A DNA stretch of 48,856 nt, taken from assembly GCA_947624145.1 (NCBI GenBank), contig CANQIU010000002.1, forward strand, positions 1 through 48,856, read 5' to 3'. Below the pieces are notes generated by a model. It saw only the letters and a list, made by a program, of their open reading frames with translations. It was not told the DNA's origin and ran no database searches. Source of the DNA: an uncultured Bacilli bacterium (GTDB lineage Bacteria > Bacillota_I > Bacilli_A > RF39 > UBA660). The translations under genes were made by a program, and so were the position numbers. This document shows, piece by piece, positions 19,749-28,374 of this stretch. Every line of letters begins with the position of its first letter. Position 1 is the first letter of the stretch.

Positions 19749-20006
19749 ATGCCTAAGAAAAATGGTAATCGAAATGAAGAAAAAGTAACAAAGACAAAAG
19801 ACAAAATAGAAGTAGAAGGCGTTGTGACCGAAGTTTTAAAAGGTAGTGATTATCTTGTTGAACTTGAAAATGGTCATACTGTAAAAGCCTACGTTTCTGG
19901 TAAAATGCGAATTCATATGATTCGTATCTTACCAGGTGATAAAGTTACAGTAGAATTATCGCCATACGATTTAACACGTGGGATTATAACATGGAATAAA
20001 AGATAA
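19749..20006 (+). CDS. infA: translation initiation factor IF-1, with a ~12-aa basic N-terminal extension
   Basis: [11 protein letters not shown]...[29 protein letters not shown]. No alternative in-frame start lies closer to the conserved core. Confidence 0.9.
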   Translation: MPKKNGNRNEEKVTKTKDKIEVEGVVTEVLKGSDYLVELENGHTVKAYVSGKMRIHMIRILPGDKVTVELSPYDLTRGIITWNKR

Positions 20007-20020
20007 AGGAGTGATTTATT

Positions 20021-20134
20021 ATGAAAGTTAGACCATCAGTTAAAAAGATTTGCAAGAAATGCAAAATAATTAGAAGAAAAGGGAAAGTTAGGGTTATATG
20101 TGAAAATCCTAAACATAAACAAGTACAAGGTTAA
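20021..20134 (+). CDS. rpmJ: 50S ribosomal protein L36 (37 aa; absent from the supplied ORF track)
   Basis: Hand translation: [37 protein letters not shown], stop at 20132-20134. AAGGAG RBS upstream. Canonical infA-rpmJ-rpsM position. Confidence 0.92.
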   Translation: MKVRPSVKKICKKCKIIRRKGKVRVICENPKHKQVQG

Positions 20135-20143
20135 GGAGGAATT

Positions 20144-20518
20144 ATGGCAAGAATTAAAAATATTGAATTACCAGGGGAAAAACATACTTGCATTGGACTT
20201 ACAGAAATCTATGGTATTGGACGTAGCTTAGCTAAAACAATTTGTAATGATGCAAAAGTTGATCCAAGTAAAAAAGTAAAAGATTTAACAGAAGATGAAA
20301 TATCAGCTTTAAGAAAAGAAATTGATAAATATTCTGTTGAAGGTGATTTACGTCGGGATGTTCAAATGAATATCAAAAACAAAATGGAAATAAATTGTTA
20401 CCAAGGTGTTAGACATAAAAAAGGTTTACCAGTAAGAGGACAAAGAACTAATCGAAATGCGAAGACTCGTAAAGGTAAAGGTAAAGTTGTTGCTAACAAG
20501 AAAAAGGTAGGAAAGTAG
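20144..20518 (+). CDS. rpsM: 30S ribosomal protein S13
   Basis: MARI.NIELP...L..IYGIG...A..I. Confidence 0.94.
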   Translation: MARIKNIELPGEKHTCIGLTEIYGIGRSLAKTICNDAKVDPSKKVKDLTEDEISALRKEIDKYSVEGDLRRDVQMNIKNKMEINCYQGVRHKKGLPVRGQRTNRNAKTRKGKGKVVANKKKVGK

Positions 20519-20526
20519 GTTAAATT

Positions 20527-20910
20527 ATGGCTTATAATAGAAGAAAAAGAAAAGTTAAGAAGAATATTCCGGAAGCGGAAGCCCATATTCATTCAACATA
20601 TAATAATACAATTGTTACAATATGTGATAAAGAAGGTAATGCGATTAGTTGGTCATCAGCCGGAAGAATTGGTTATAAAGGCAGTAAAAAGAAAACTCCT
20701 TTTGCAGCTGGACTAACAAGTGAAGCGGCTGCTGCCGCGGCGGTTGAACAAGGCGTTAAAAAAGTAGATGTTTATGTTAAAGGTCTTGGACCTGGAAGAG
20801 AAAATGCTATTCGTTCTTTACAATCAGCTGGTTTAGAAATTACAAGTATTATTGATGAAACACCAGTTCCACATAATGGTTGTCGTCCACCAAAAAGACC
20901 AAGAAAATAG
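20527..20910 (+). CDS. rpsK: 30S ribosomal protein S11
   Basis: [17 protein letters not shown]...WSSAG..GYKGSKK.TPFAA...[12 protein letters not shown]. Confidence 0.95.
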   Translation: MAYNRRKRKVKKNIPEAEAHIHSTYNNTIVTICDKEGNAISWSSAGRIGYKGSKKKTPFAAGLTSEAAAAAAVEQGVKKVDVYVKGLGPGRENAIRSLQSAGLEITSIIDETPVPHNGCRPPKRPRK

Positions 20911-20930
20911 TTAAAAGAAGGTAGGGAAAT

Positions 20931-21875
20931 ATGATAAAATTTGAAAAACCAGAATATAAAATAACTGAGTGTCAAGAAAATAATTTTTATGCTAAATTTG
21001 AACTTGATCCATTAGAAAGAGGTTTTGGTACCACGATTGGTAATGCTTTAAGAAGAGTTTTATTATCCAGTTTACCAGGAAGTGCTGTAACAACCGTTAA
21101 AATTGATGGAGTTATGCATGAATTCCAAAAAATTGAAGGCGTTGTGGAAGATGTTACCAGTATTGTTTTAGCCCTAAAAGATTTAGTCGTTAAAAATCAT
21201 TCAAATGAAGTTAAAACAATTCGCTTAGTTAAAGACAAAGAAGGTCCAGTTTTAGCAGCTGATTTTGAAAAAGATGCCGATATTGAAATTATTAATCCTG
21301 AACTTGTTATTTGTACCCTTGTTAAAGGTGGAAAAATAAGTATGGAAATAACGATTGATAATGGTCGTGGTTATGTTCCAGCTTCTGAAAATAAAGCTCG
21401 ATTATCCGAAAATAAAGCTGGAGTTATTGCTATTGACTCATCATATTCACCAATTGAATTAGTTAAATACGAAGTATTAGATACCAGAGTTGGTCAAGAT
21501 GAATCTTATGATAAATTAGTTATGGAAGTATCTACTAATGGTAGTATGACTCCAGAAGAAGCTATGGCTCTTGGTGCAAAAATCTTAATTGAACATTTTA
21601 ATATTATTGCTGATTTAAATGCTATAAGTAATATTTCGGGCATTATGCAAGAAAAGAAAGTTGATACAATGACTAAGACTTTAGAAACACCAATTGAAGA
21701 AGTAGAATTTTCTGTTCGAGCATATAATTGTTTAAAAAGAGCGGGTATCCATACTATTCAAGATTTAGTAAATAAAAAAGAAGTTGAAGTTACGAAAATC
21801 AGAAACTTAGGAAAGAAATCTTTAAAAGAAGTTATTGATAAAGTTGCTGAATTAGGACTTTCATTTAAGGAGTAA
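20931..21875 (+). CDS. rpoA: DNA-directed RNA polymerase alpha subunit
   Basis: 314 aa, GTTIGNALRRVLLSSLPG, and a C-terminal domain with SVRAYNCLKRAGI.TIQDL. Confidence 0.95.
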   Translation: MIKFEKPEYKITECQENNFYAKFELDPLERGFGTTIGNALRRVLLSSLPGSAVTTVKIDGVMHEFQKIEGVVEDVTSIVLALKDLVVKNHSNEVKTIRLVKDKEGPVLAADFEKDADIEIINPELVICTLVKGGKISMEITIDNGRGYVPASENKARLSENKAGVIAIDSSYSPIELVKYEVLDTRVGQDESYDKLVMEVSTNGSMTPEEAMALGAKILIEHFNIIADLNAISNISGIMQEKKVDTMTKTLETPIEEVEFSVRAYNCLKRAGIHTIQDLVNKKEVEVTKIRNLGKKSLKEVIDKVAELGLSFKE

Positions 21876-21881
21876 TTAGAC

Positions 21882-22226
21882 ATGAAATATAGAAAATTAG
21901 GAAGAGAAACAAGAATTAGAAGAAGTATTTTAGCAAGTTTAACTAAAGCTTGTCTTATGAATGAATCTGTTGTGACAACCGAAGCTCGAGCTAAGGAAGT
22001 TCGTAAATTTGTCGAAAGAATGATTTCTTATGGTAAAGATGGTTCTTTAGTAGCTCGGCGTAAAGCTTTAGCTTTTCTACATAATGATAATGAAGTAGTG
22101 CAAAAAGTATTTAATGACTTAGCTAAAAGATATGAAAATAGAGCTGGTGGTTACACTAGAATTATTAAACTTAAAGAACGCCGTGGCGACGATGCTTTAG
22201 AAGTAAAATTAGAATTAGTTAAATAA
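21882..22226 (+). CDS. rplQ: 50S ribosomal protein L17
   Basis: MKYRKLGR...GGYTRI.KL..RRGD.A, last gene of the alpha operon. Confidence 0.94.
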   Translation: MKYRKLGRETRIRRSILASLTKACLMNESVVTTEARAKEVRKFVERMISYGKDGSLVARRKALAFLHNDNEVVQKVFNDLAKRYENRAGGYTRIIKLKERRGDDALEVKLELVK

Positions 22227-22265
22227 TGGCTTAACAAAAGTCATTATTTTTTTAGTTAAAATTAT

Positions 22266-22355
22266 TTTAAGTATATTTAAACAAAATTGAAAAAAAATTA
22301 TTTAAGTACACTTAAATAAAAGTAAAAAAATAAAAGTTTTTTAAGTACACTTAAA
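22266..22355 (+). promoter_or_regulatory. three copies of a 16-bp palindromic operator-like motif TTTAAGTAYAYTTAAA
   Basis: Identical TTTAAGTACACTTAAA at 22301-22316 and 22340-22355. The first extends to 9-bp arms (TATTTAAGT/ACTTAAATA). A 14/16 copy, TTTAAGTATATTTAAA, sits at 22266-22281. The last copy lies where a -35 for TATAAA (22374-22379) would be. Confidence 0.55.
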
Positions 22356-22416
22356 TAATTTTTATTAAGCATGTATAAAAATAACGAAAATCTTCCATAA
22401 CATAAATGGAGGGAAA

Positions 22417-22608
22417 ATGAAGAATCAAGAATGTGATGCATGTAAAGATGCAAAATTTGGGATAGCCTATATTGATCCTGAAACAGGAATTTTATGTAGT
22501 AAGATTGATACAGGAATGAAACTTCCTAAAGGAAAGAAAGTATTAGCACCCCAAATATGTACAAAGTGTGGTAATACAAGTTGGAAAACTATTGATAATC
22601 AAGAATAA
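22417..22608 (+). CDS. small zinc-ribbon protein (63 aa), function unknown
   Basis: GGAGGG RBS. CDAC near the N-terminus and CTKC near the C-terminus (CxxC...CxxC). A terminator follows immediately. Confidence 0.55.
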   Translation: MKNQECDACKDAKFGIAYIDPETGILCSKIDTGMKLPKGKKVLAPQICTKCGNTSWKTIDNQE

Positions 22609-22636
22609 GAGAGAAATAATCTCTCTTTATTTTTTT
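22607..22636 (+). terminator. rho-independent terminator
   Basis: AAGAGAG (22607-22613), loop AAATAAT, CTCTCTT (22621-22627), then a T-rich run. Confidence 0.65.
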
Positions 22637-22707
22637 AATATTTTGCTATGAATATCCTTTTAATTTATTTAGATATTTACCTTGCTTTCTAACTTTTTAA
22701 TACATTA

Positions 22708-22998
22708 TTAATTATCTAAATATTTAAACAATTCTTTTGTAGAATTAAAAGAAGGAAGTTGAACCTTTCCGTTTTTGTAATCTTCTATTTCTTGTAAAGC
22801 TGACATTAACTCTTTATTAGGTGCCGGTGTCATTTTAGGTGTAAATACTAATCCTTGTTCTCTTTCACATTGTTTTAAAAACATATTTATAGCAGAGTTA
22901 GTATTAGTTCCTAAATTTTTAAATAATATATCAACATTTTTCTTTAAATCTTTATCTATTCTAATAGTCATATTAGTAGTATTAGATATATTGTTCAT
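22708..22998 (-). CDS. DinJ/RelB-family ribbon-helix-helix antitoxin-like protein, with no toxin partner
   Basis: 96 aa. TIRIDKDLKKNVDILFKNLGTNTNSAINMFLKQ matches the DinJ/RelB N-terminal RHH pattern, and the C-terminal part is also DinJ-like. AGGAGGAG RBS. Only ~100 bp of non-coding DNA lies downstream. Confidence 0.7.
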   Translation of the reverse strand: MNNISNTTNMTIRIDKDLKKNVDILFKNLGTNTNSAINMFLKQCEREQGLVFTPKMTPAPNKELMSALQEIEDYKNGKVQLPSFNSTKELFKYLDN

Positions 22999-23068
22999 TA
23001 AGTACTCCTCCTTAGTAACATGTCAAACTTTTATGTGCAAGTGTATTTTATTATTTATTTAATTTATT

Positions 23069-23114
23069 TTGACAATTACACTGAAAAGAATTGAAACTTC
23101 AGTTTAATTGTCAA
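23069..23114. promoter_or_regulatory. long imperfect inverted repeat between the divergent DinJ-like gene and soj
   Basis: TTGACAATTACACTGAA (23069-23085) pairs with TTCAGTTTAATTGTCAA (23098-23114). The outer 10 bp are perfect and there is one mismatch overall. Both outer arms contain TTGACA. Confidence 0.4.
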
Positions 23115-23220
23115 AGAAAGAAAAATAATAAAGAAAAAATCTTTTAAAAATAATTCATTTATAAGAAAATATATGTTAAAATAGTAATTAGCGATAAGTT
23201 ATATAGAAGAGGTGCTAGTT

Positions 23221-24006
23221 ATGGCTAAAATTATATCACTTGTAAATCAAAAAGGCGGCGTAGGTAAAACAACTACTAGTATTAATTTAGCCGCGGCTTT
23301 AGGTAAACTTGGCAAAAGAGTTTTACTTATCGATATGGATCCCCAAAGTAATGCTACTACGGGGTTAGGTTTAAATTCCAATGATTTTAGCTATGATACA
23401 TATGAACTTATCACCGGAAGATGTGAAGTAAAACAAGCTATTAAAAAGACTAAGTACCAAAACTTAAGTATTGTTCCATCAACTATTAACTTAGCCGGAG
23501 TTGATGTTGAATTTGTTAAAAAGATGCTAGAAGACAAAGAATTTAAACAAAGTTTTCAACTAAAAGAAAAATTAGATGAAATTAAAGATAATTATGATTA
23601 TATTATCATTGATTGTCAACCTTCTTTAGGACTAGTTACGATGAATGCTTTAGTAGCCAGTGATTCAGTTATAATACCCGTACAATGTGAATATTTTGCT
23701 TTAGAAGGAATAAGACAATTATTAAATTCAATTATTATGGTCCAATCTAGTATGAATCCTAATCTTAGAATAGAAGGAGTCTTACTTACGATGTTAGATG
23801 GTCGTACTAATATTGGGTTAGAAGTAATTGAAGAAATTCGGAAATATTTTAAAGATAAAGTATTTAATACAATTATTCCTAGATTAGTAAGATTAGTGGA
23901 AGCCCCAAGTCATGGGAAACCAATTAATGAATATGATCCGACGAGCAGAGCTACCGAAGCTTATGCTAATTTAGCAAAGGAAGTGATTAGTCGCGATGGA
24001 GAATAA
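23221..24006 (+). CDS. soj: ParA-family chromosome partitioning ATPase (Soj)
   Basis: MAKIISLVNQKGGVGKTTT (deviant Walker A), DMDPQSNAT, IIIDCQPSLG. AGAGGTG RBS precedes the ATG at 23221. Confidence 0.92.
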   Translation: MAKIISLVNQKGGVGKTTTSINLAAALGKLGKRVLLIDMDPQSNATTGLGLNSNDFSYDTYELITGRCEVKQAIKKTKYQNLSIVPSTINLAGVDVEFVKKMLEDKEFKQSFQLKEKLDEIKDNYDYIIIDCQPSLGLVTMNALVASDSVIIPVQCEYFALEGIRQLLNSIIMVQSSMNPNLRIEGVLLTMLDGRTNIGLEVIEEIRKYFKDKVFNTIIPRLVRLVEAPSHGKPINEYDPTSRATEAYANLAKEVISRDGE

Positions 24007-24880
24007 AAAGAAAGCTTTAGGAAAAGGACTAGAACAATTATTTTCAGCCTCAGTGATTGATTTTGATAATTTTGAAAAAGATATTGTCAATAGTTCTAGT
24101 AAAGATACAATTGAAATAAATATTGATGAAATAAGAAGTAATCCTTATCAACCAAGAAAAACTTTTGATATGGAAACTTTAAATGAACTAGCTAGTTCCA
24201 TAAAAGAATATGGGATAATTGAGCCGATTATTGTTAAAAAAAGTATCAAAGGTTATGAGTTAATCGCAGGAGAAAGAAGAACTAAAGCGGCAAAGCTTGC
24301 AGGACTTACAACCATCCCGGCCATTATTAAAGATTTTAATGACCAAGAAATGATGGAAATTGCTTTAATTGAAAATATTCAAAGAGAAGATTTAAATCCG
24401 ATTGATGAAGCTACTAGTATTAATAATATCATTAAATTAAGAGGATATACGCAAGAGGAGTTTGCTCAAAAATTTGGCAAAAGCCGAACTTATGTGACGA
24501 ATATATTAGGTTTACTTAAACTTCCAGATGATGTTAAAAAACTGGTGGAAAAGAAAAATATTTCCATGTCCCATGCGCGAGTTTTAAGTAAATTAGAGGA
24601 TGATGAAAGAGTAAGTAACTTAGCCAAAAAAATAATTACGGATGAAATAAGTGTTCATGAACTAGAACAAATGGTAAGTACAGATACATCGATAAAACCT
24701 AAGAATAGTCCTAAGAAAAATCCTCAAGAACTAGCCTATAGATTATACGAAAATATTTTAATAGATAAATTAAATACCAAAGTTAAGATAAGTAATAAAA
24801 AGATGGAAATATATTTTGATGATAAAAAAGATTTAGAAAATATCTTAGATAAACTAAATATAAAAGTTGAGGACGAATAA
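23996..24880 (+). CDS. spo0J: ParB/Spo0J chromosome partitioning protein
   Basis: NPYQPRK, ELI.GERR..AAKLAGL..IPAII, and an HTH (RGYTQEEFAQKFGKSRTYVTNILGLLKLP). Confidence 0.92.
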   Translation: MENKKKALGKGLEQLFSASVIDFDNFEKDIVNSSSKDTIEINIDEIRSNPYQPRKTFDMETLNELASSIKEYGIIEPIIVKKSIKGYELIAGERRTKAAKLAGLTTIPAIIKDFNDQEMMEIALIENIQREDLNPIDEATSINNIIKLRGYTQEEFAQKFGKSRTYVTNILGLLKLPDDVKKLVEKKNISMSHARVLSKLEDDERVSNLAKKIITDEISVHELEQMVSTDTSIKPKNSPKKNPQELAYRLYENILIDKLNTKVKISNKKMEIYFDDKKDLENILDKLNIKVEDE

Positions 24881-24881
24881 A

Positions 24882-25082
24882 ATGAATAAAGAATTTGCTT
24901 TAAATGATGAAGTTATAATGAAAAAGCCCCATGCTTGCCAAAGTAATTTATGGAAAATTACAAGAGTGGGGGTTGATGTTAAAATTAAATGTCAAAATTG
25001 TGGAAGAGAAGTAATGCTTGATCGTTTAGAGTTTATGCGAAAATTAAAAAAGGTGATAAAAAATGCGGAAACTGAAAATTAA
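24882..25082 (+). CDS. DUF951-family small protein (YyzM-like)
   Basis: 66 aa, MKKPHACQSNLWKITRVGVDVKIKCQNCGREVML. In Bacillus the same kind of gene lies between spo0J and ychF. GAGGA RBS precedes the ATG at 24882. Confidence 0.65.
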   Translation: MNKEFALNDEVIMKKPHACQSNLWKITRVGVDVKIKCQNCGREVMLDRLEFMRKLKKVIKNAETEN

Positions 25083-26604
25083 GAATAGAGTTGGTTTGCA
25101 TCCAGTGATGAGTTTTCTAATCCTTTCTTTAGGGGTTATTGTTTTAAGTGGAATCCTTCATTTATTTAATGTGCAAACTACTTTTAATCAAATTAATCCA
25201 GCCACGGGAACTTACCAAGTAACAACGGAATCAATTAATTCGTTATTTAATTTAAGAGGTTTAAAATATATCTTTACTAATACGGTATCTAATTTTGCTA
25301 ACTTTACAGTTTTACCTCATTTAATTATTATCTTACTTGGTTTTGGGATAATGGAAAAAAGTGGTTTTTTAAAAACCTTTATTACGTTATTTACGAAAAG
25401 AGCTAAGAAAACAACTGTTACCTTTGTTTTAGTATTAATATGTATGCTATCTTCTTTAATGGGAGATATATCTTTTATTGTTTTTATTCCTTTAAGTGCT
25501 TTATTATTCCTTTATGCGAAACGTAATCCTTTAGTAGGAATTATTGCTTCCTTTGCGGCTTTAGCTTGTGGAGGAGGAATTAGTCTTATTTTAACTAGTG
25601 TTGATTCTAGTTTAATTACCACTACTTTAGCTTATGCGCATCTTATTCAACCTAGTTATCTAATAGGTTCGCATAGTTTTATCTTTATTATGCTTATTAG
25701 TGTTATTATTTTAGCATCGGTAATTACGAATATTACCGAAAATATTATAGCTAAAAGAGTACCTAAATATGAAATCGAAGAAGAAAATGTTGAAGAAGAT
25801 TTAGTTTTTACTAAAGCTAAAAAAAGAGGACTTGTTATAGCTGGCGTGGCTGGTCTAATTTATTTATTAATCTTTATTTATAATATTATTCCAGGTTTAC
25901 CTTTTTCCGGTAATCTTCTTGATTATAGTCAAAACTTATATATAGATAAATTATTTAGTTATAATTCTTTCTTTAGTAATGGGTTTGTCTTTATTATTAC
26001 AATTTTCTTTGTTATTCTTGGTTTAGGTTATGGTATAGGGGCTAAAACTATTAAAAATAATAAAGAATTTGTGGATGCTTTAGGTTCTTCTTTAGATGGA
26101 ATTGGGAAAATTTTATTAATGATATTTGCCTCAGCCACCTTTATTAGTATATTTAAACAAGCTAATATTGGGAATGTTTTAACTGGGGCTTTAGCTAATT
26201 TAGTCAGTACCACGAAATTTACAGGCTTACCTTTAATAATTCTTTTATTTATTTGTTCGATTATAGCGACAATTGTTTTACCTAATTCTTTAAATAAATG
26301 GACAATTATGGCTATAGCTATTCCTTCTTTAATGACTTCCGGGATAACTCCAGAATTTAGTCAAGTTATATTTAGATTTGGGGAATCAGTTTCATTAGGT
26401 TTAACCCCTGTATTTGCATATTTTATTGTTTATCTGGCTTATTTAGAAAAATATAGTCAAAATGATAAACAATTTAAGTTATCTAAAGCAATTAAGTATC
26501 AAATACCTTATTCTTTAGCATCTACTTTAATTTTTGTAATAATTATTATTTTATGGTATATTCTAAGTATTCCTTTAGGAATATCTTCGAGTGTATCATT
26601 ATAA
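25063..26604 (+). CDS. AbgT-family (p-aminobenzoyl-glutamate-type) transporter
   Basis: 513 aa, polytopic. The N-terminal HPVMSFLIL..., GFGIMEKSGF and SSLMGDISFIVFIPLSALLFLYAKRNPLVGI match the AbgT pattern as I recall it from E. coli AbgT. Confidence 0.75.
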   Translation: MRKLKIKNRVGLHPVMSFLILSLGVIVLSGILHLFNVQTTFNQINPATGTYQVTTESINSLFNLRGLKYIFTNTVSNFANFTVLPHLIIILLGFGIMEKSGFLKTFITLFTKRAKKTTVTFVLVLICMLSSLMGDISFIVFIPLSALLFLYAKRNPLVGIIASFAALACGGGISLILTSVDSSLITTTLAYAHLIQPSYLIGSHSFIFIMLISVIILASVITNITENIIAKRVPKYEIEEENVEEDLVFTKAKKRGLVIAGVAGLIYLLIFIYNIIPGLPFSGNLLDYSQNLYIDKLFSYNSFFSNGFVFIITIFFVILGLGYGIGAKTIKNNKEFVDALGSSLDGIGKILLMIFASATFISIFKQANIGNVLTGALANLVSTTKFTGLPLIILLFICSIIATIVLPNSLNKWTIMAIAIPSLMTSGITPEFSQVIFRFGESVSLGLTPVFAYFIVYLAYLEKYSQNDKQFKLSKAIKYQIPYSLASTLIFVIIIILWYILSIPLGISSSVSL

Positions 26605-26617
26605 GGGGGAATTAATT

Positions 26618-27718
26618 ATGTCTTTAAAAGCTGGGATAGTGGGTCTTCCCAATGTTGGTAAGTCAACTTTATTTAATGCCATAACAAAGCAAAATATTTT
26701 AGCCGCTAATTATCCTTTTGCAACAATTGAACCAAATGTTGGGGTAGTTATAGTTCCGGATAAAAGAATTGATTTTTTAAAAAATTTATATAATCCACCT
26801 AGTGTAGTTCCTACAACATTTGAATTTACGGATATTGCTGGGTTAGTAAAAGGAGCATCATCGGGCGAAGGCTTAGGGAATAAGTTTTTATCGCACATTA
26901 GAGAAGTTGATGCTATTATTGAAGTTGTTAGATGCTTTGATGATGAAAACATTACCCATGTAACGGGAAAAACGGATCCGATAGGAGATATTGAAATAAT
27001 AAATGTCGAACTTATTTTAGCGGACTTAGAAATAATTGTGAATCGAATTGGCAAGATTGAAAAAAAGGCGGAAACTACCAAAGATAAAGAAACCATTGCC
27101 GAATTAACTTTATTAAAAAAATGTAAAGAGGCTTTAGAACAAAATATTCCTCTAAGAAGATTAGATTTAAATAAAGATGAACTTAAGTTAATTAAGAACT
27201 TTAATTTTCTAACTAGTAAGCCTTTAATATATGTTGCTAATGTTAAGGAAGAATTACTTAATAATGAAAGTAATCCTTATCCAAAATTAGTAAGAGAATA
27301 TGCTAGCAAAGAACATACGTTAGTTATAGAAATGTGTGCAAAGATGGAAGCTGATTTAGCGGGTTTAGAAGACCAAGAAAAAAGCGAATTATTAGAGTCT
27401 TTAGGAATTAAGGAAAGTGGTTTGGATAAATTAATCTTTGCTTCATATGATTTATTAGGGCTAGCTACTTTCTTTACGGTAGGAACGGATGAAGTTCGAG
27501 CTTGGACTTTCAAAAAAGGAATGAAAGCTCCTGAATGTGCCGGGATAATTCACAATGACTTTGAAAGAGGATTTATTAAAGCCGAAGTAACAAGTTATAA
27601 AGACTTAGAAGAACTAGGTGATGAAAAGAAAGTTAAAGAAGCTGGTAAACTTCGCATCGAAGGCAAAGATTATTTAATGCAAGATGGTGACATTTGTTAC
27701 TTTAGGTTTAATGTTTAA
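26618..27718 (+). CDS. ychF: redox-regulated ribosome-binding ATPase YchF
   Basis: MSLKAGIVGLPNVGKSTLFNA...ANYPFATIEPN...DIAGLVKGAS.GEGLGN.FL. C-terminal TGS-like FIKAEV. AAGGGGGA RBS. Confidence 0.93.
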   Translation: MSLKAGIVGLPNVGKSTLFNAITKQNILAANYPFATIEPNVGVVIVPDKRIDFLKNLYNPPSVVPTTFEFTDIAGLVKGASSGEGLGNKFLSHIREVDAIIEVVRCFDDENITHVTGKTDPIGDIEIINVELILADLEIIVNRIGKIEKKAETTKDKETIAELTLLKKCKEALEQNIPLRRLDLNKDELKLIKNFNFLTSKPLIYVANVKEELLNNESNPYPKLVREYASKEHTLVIEMCAKMEADLAGLEDQEKSELLESLGIKESGLDKLIFASYDLLGLATFFTVGTDEVRAWTFKKGMKAPECAGIIHNDFERGFIKAEVTSYKDLEELGDEKKVKEAGKLRIEGKDYLMQDGDICYFRFNV

Positions 27719-27732
27719 AGGAGGAAAATATA

Positions 27733-28374
27733 ATGAATAAAATTTTTGGTAAAGTATTTTTATGGATGGCTTTAGGCTTACTTATAACCTTTATAACAGG
27801 TTATACAGTTTCTTTATTTCCTAATATGCTTATGAATATTTTTGGGGGAATTGGTTATCTAATCCTAGCTATTTTAGAAATTATTGTTGTTATTTATTTA
27901 GCTACGAGAATCTTTAAGATGGCCCCAAATACGGCTAAAGCAACCTTTTTGTTATATTCTTTTATCAGCGGTCTAACTTTTTCTAGTATCTTTATTACTT
28001 ATGAAGTAGCTTCAATAATATATGTATTTTTAATAGCTTCATTTTTATTTGCTATCATGGGTATTTTAGGTTATAAAACCAAAATAGATTTAAGTAAAAT
28101 AGGAACTTACTTTTTAATAGGTTTAATTGGGATAATTATAATGTATTTTATAAATATATTTATAGGAAGTAATACTTTAGATTTATTCTTATCGGCTCTA
28201 TGTATTATTCTTTTCTTAGGTATTACCGTGCATGATATTCAAAAAATTAAAAGATTAGATAGTCTAAACTTACCTCAAGATAATTTAGCTATCTATGGAG
28301 CTTTAGAATTATATTTAGATTTTATTAATATCTTTATTGATTTATTAAGATTATTTGGAAGGAATAATGATTAA
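27733..28374 (+). CDS. Bax-inhibitor-1/YccA-family membrane protein
   Basis: 213 aa, 7 predicted TM segments. Typical N-terminal VFLWMALGLLIT and C-terminal LYLDFINIF..LL. Confidence 0.75.
   Translation: MNKIFGKVFLWMALGLLITFITGYTVSLFPNMLMNIFGGIGYLILAILEIIVVIYLATRIFKMAPNTAKATFLLYSFISGLTFSSIFITYEVASIIYVFLIASFLFAIMGILGYKTKIDLSKIGTYFLIGLIGIIIMYFINIFIGSNTLDLFLSALCIILFLGITVHDIQKIKRLDSLNLPQDNLAIYGALELYLDFINIFIDLLRLFGRNND

Noticed and set aside
19970-19985. Possible parS site around CACGTG (19975-19980) inside infA.
   Set aside because: Only the central CACGTG matches the Bacillota parS consensus TGTTNCACGTGAAACA. The flanks (TTTAA / GGATT) do not match. I found no convincing parS in the window, including inside spo0J.
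22223-22253. Terminator after rplQ (ATAATGGC...GTCATTAT followed by a T run).
   Set aside because: The stem needs a G-U pair and is AT-rich and weak. It is plausible but not strong enough to list as a feature.
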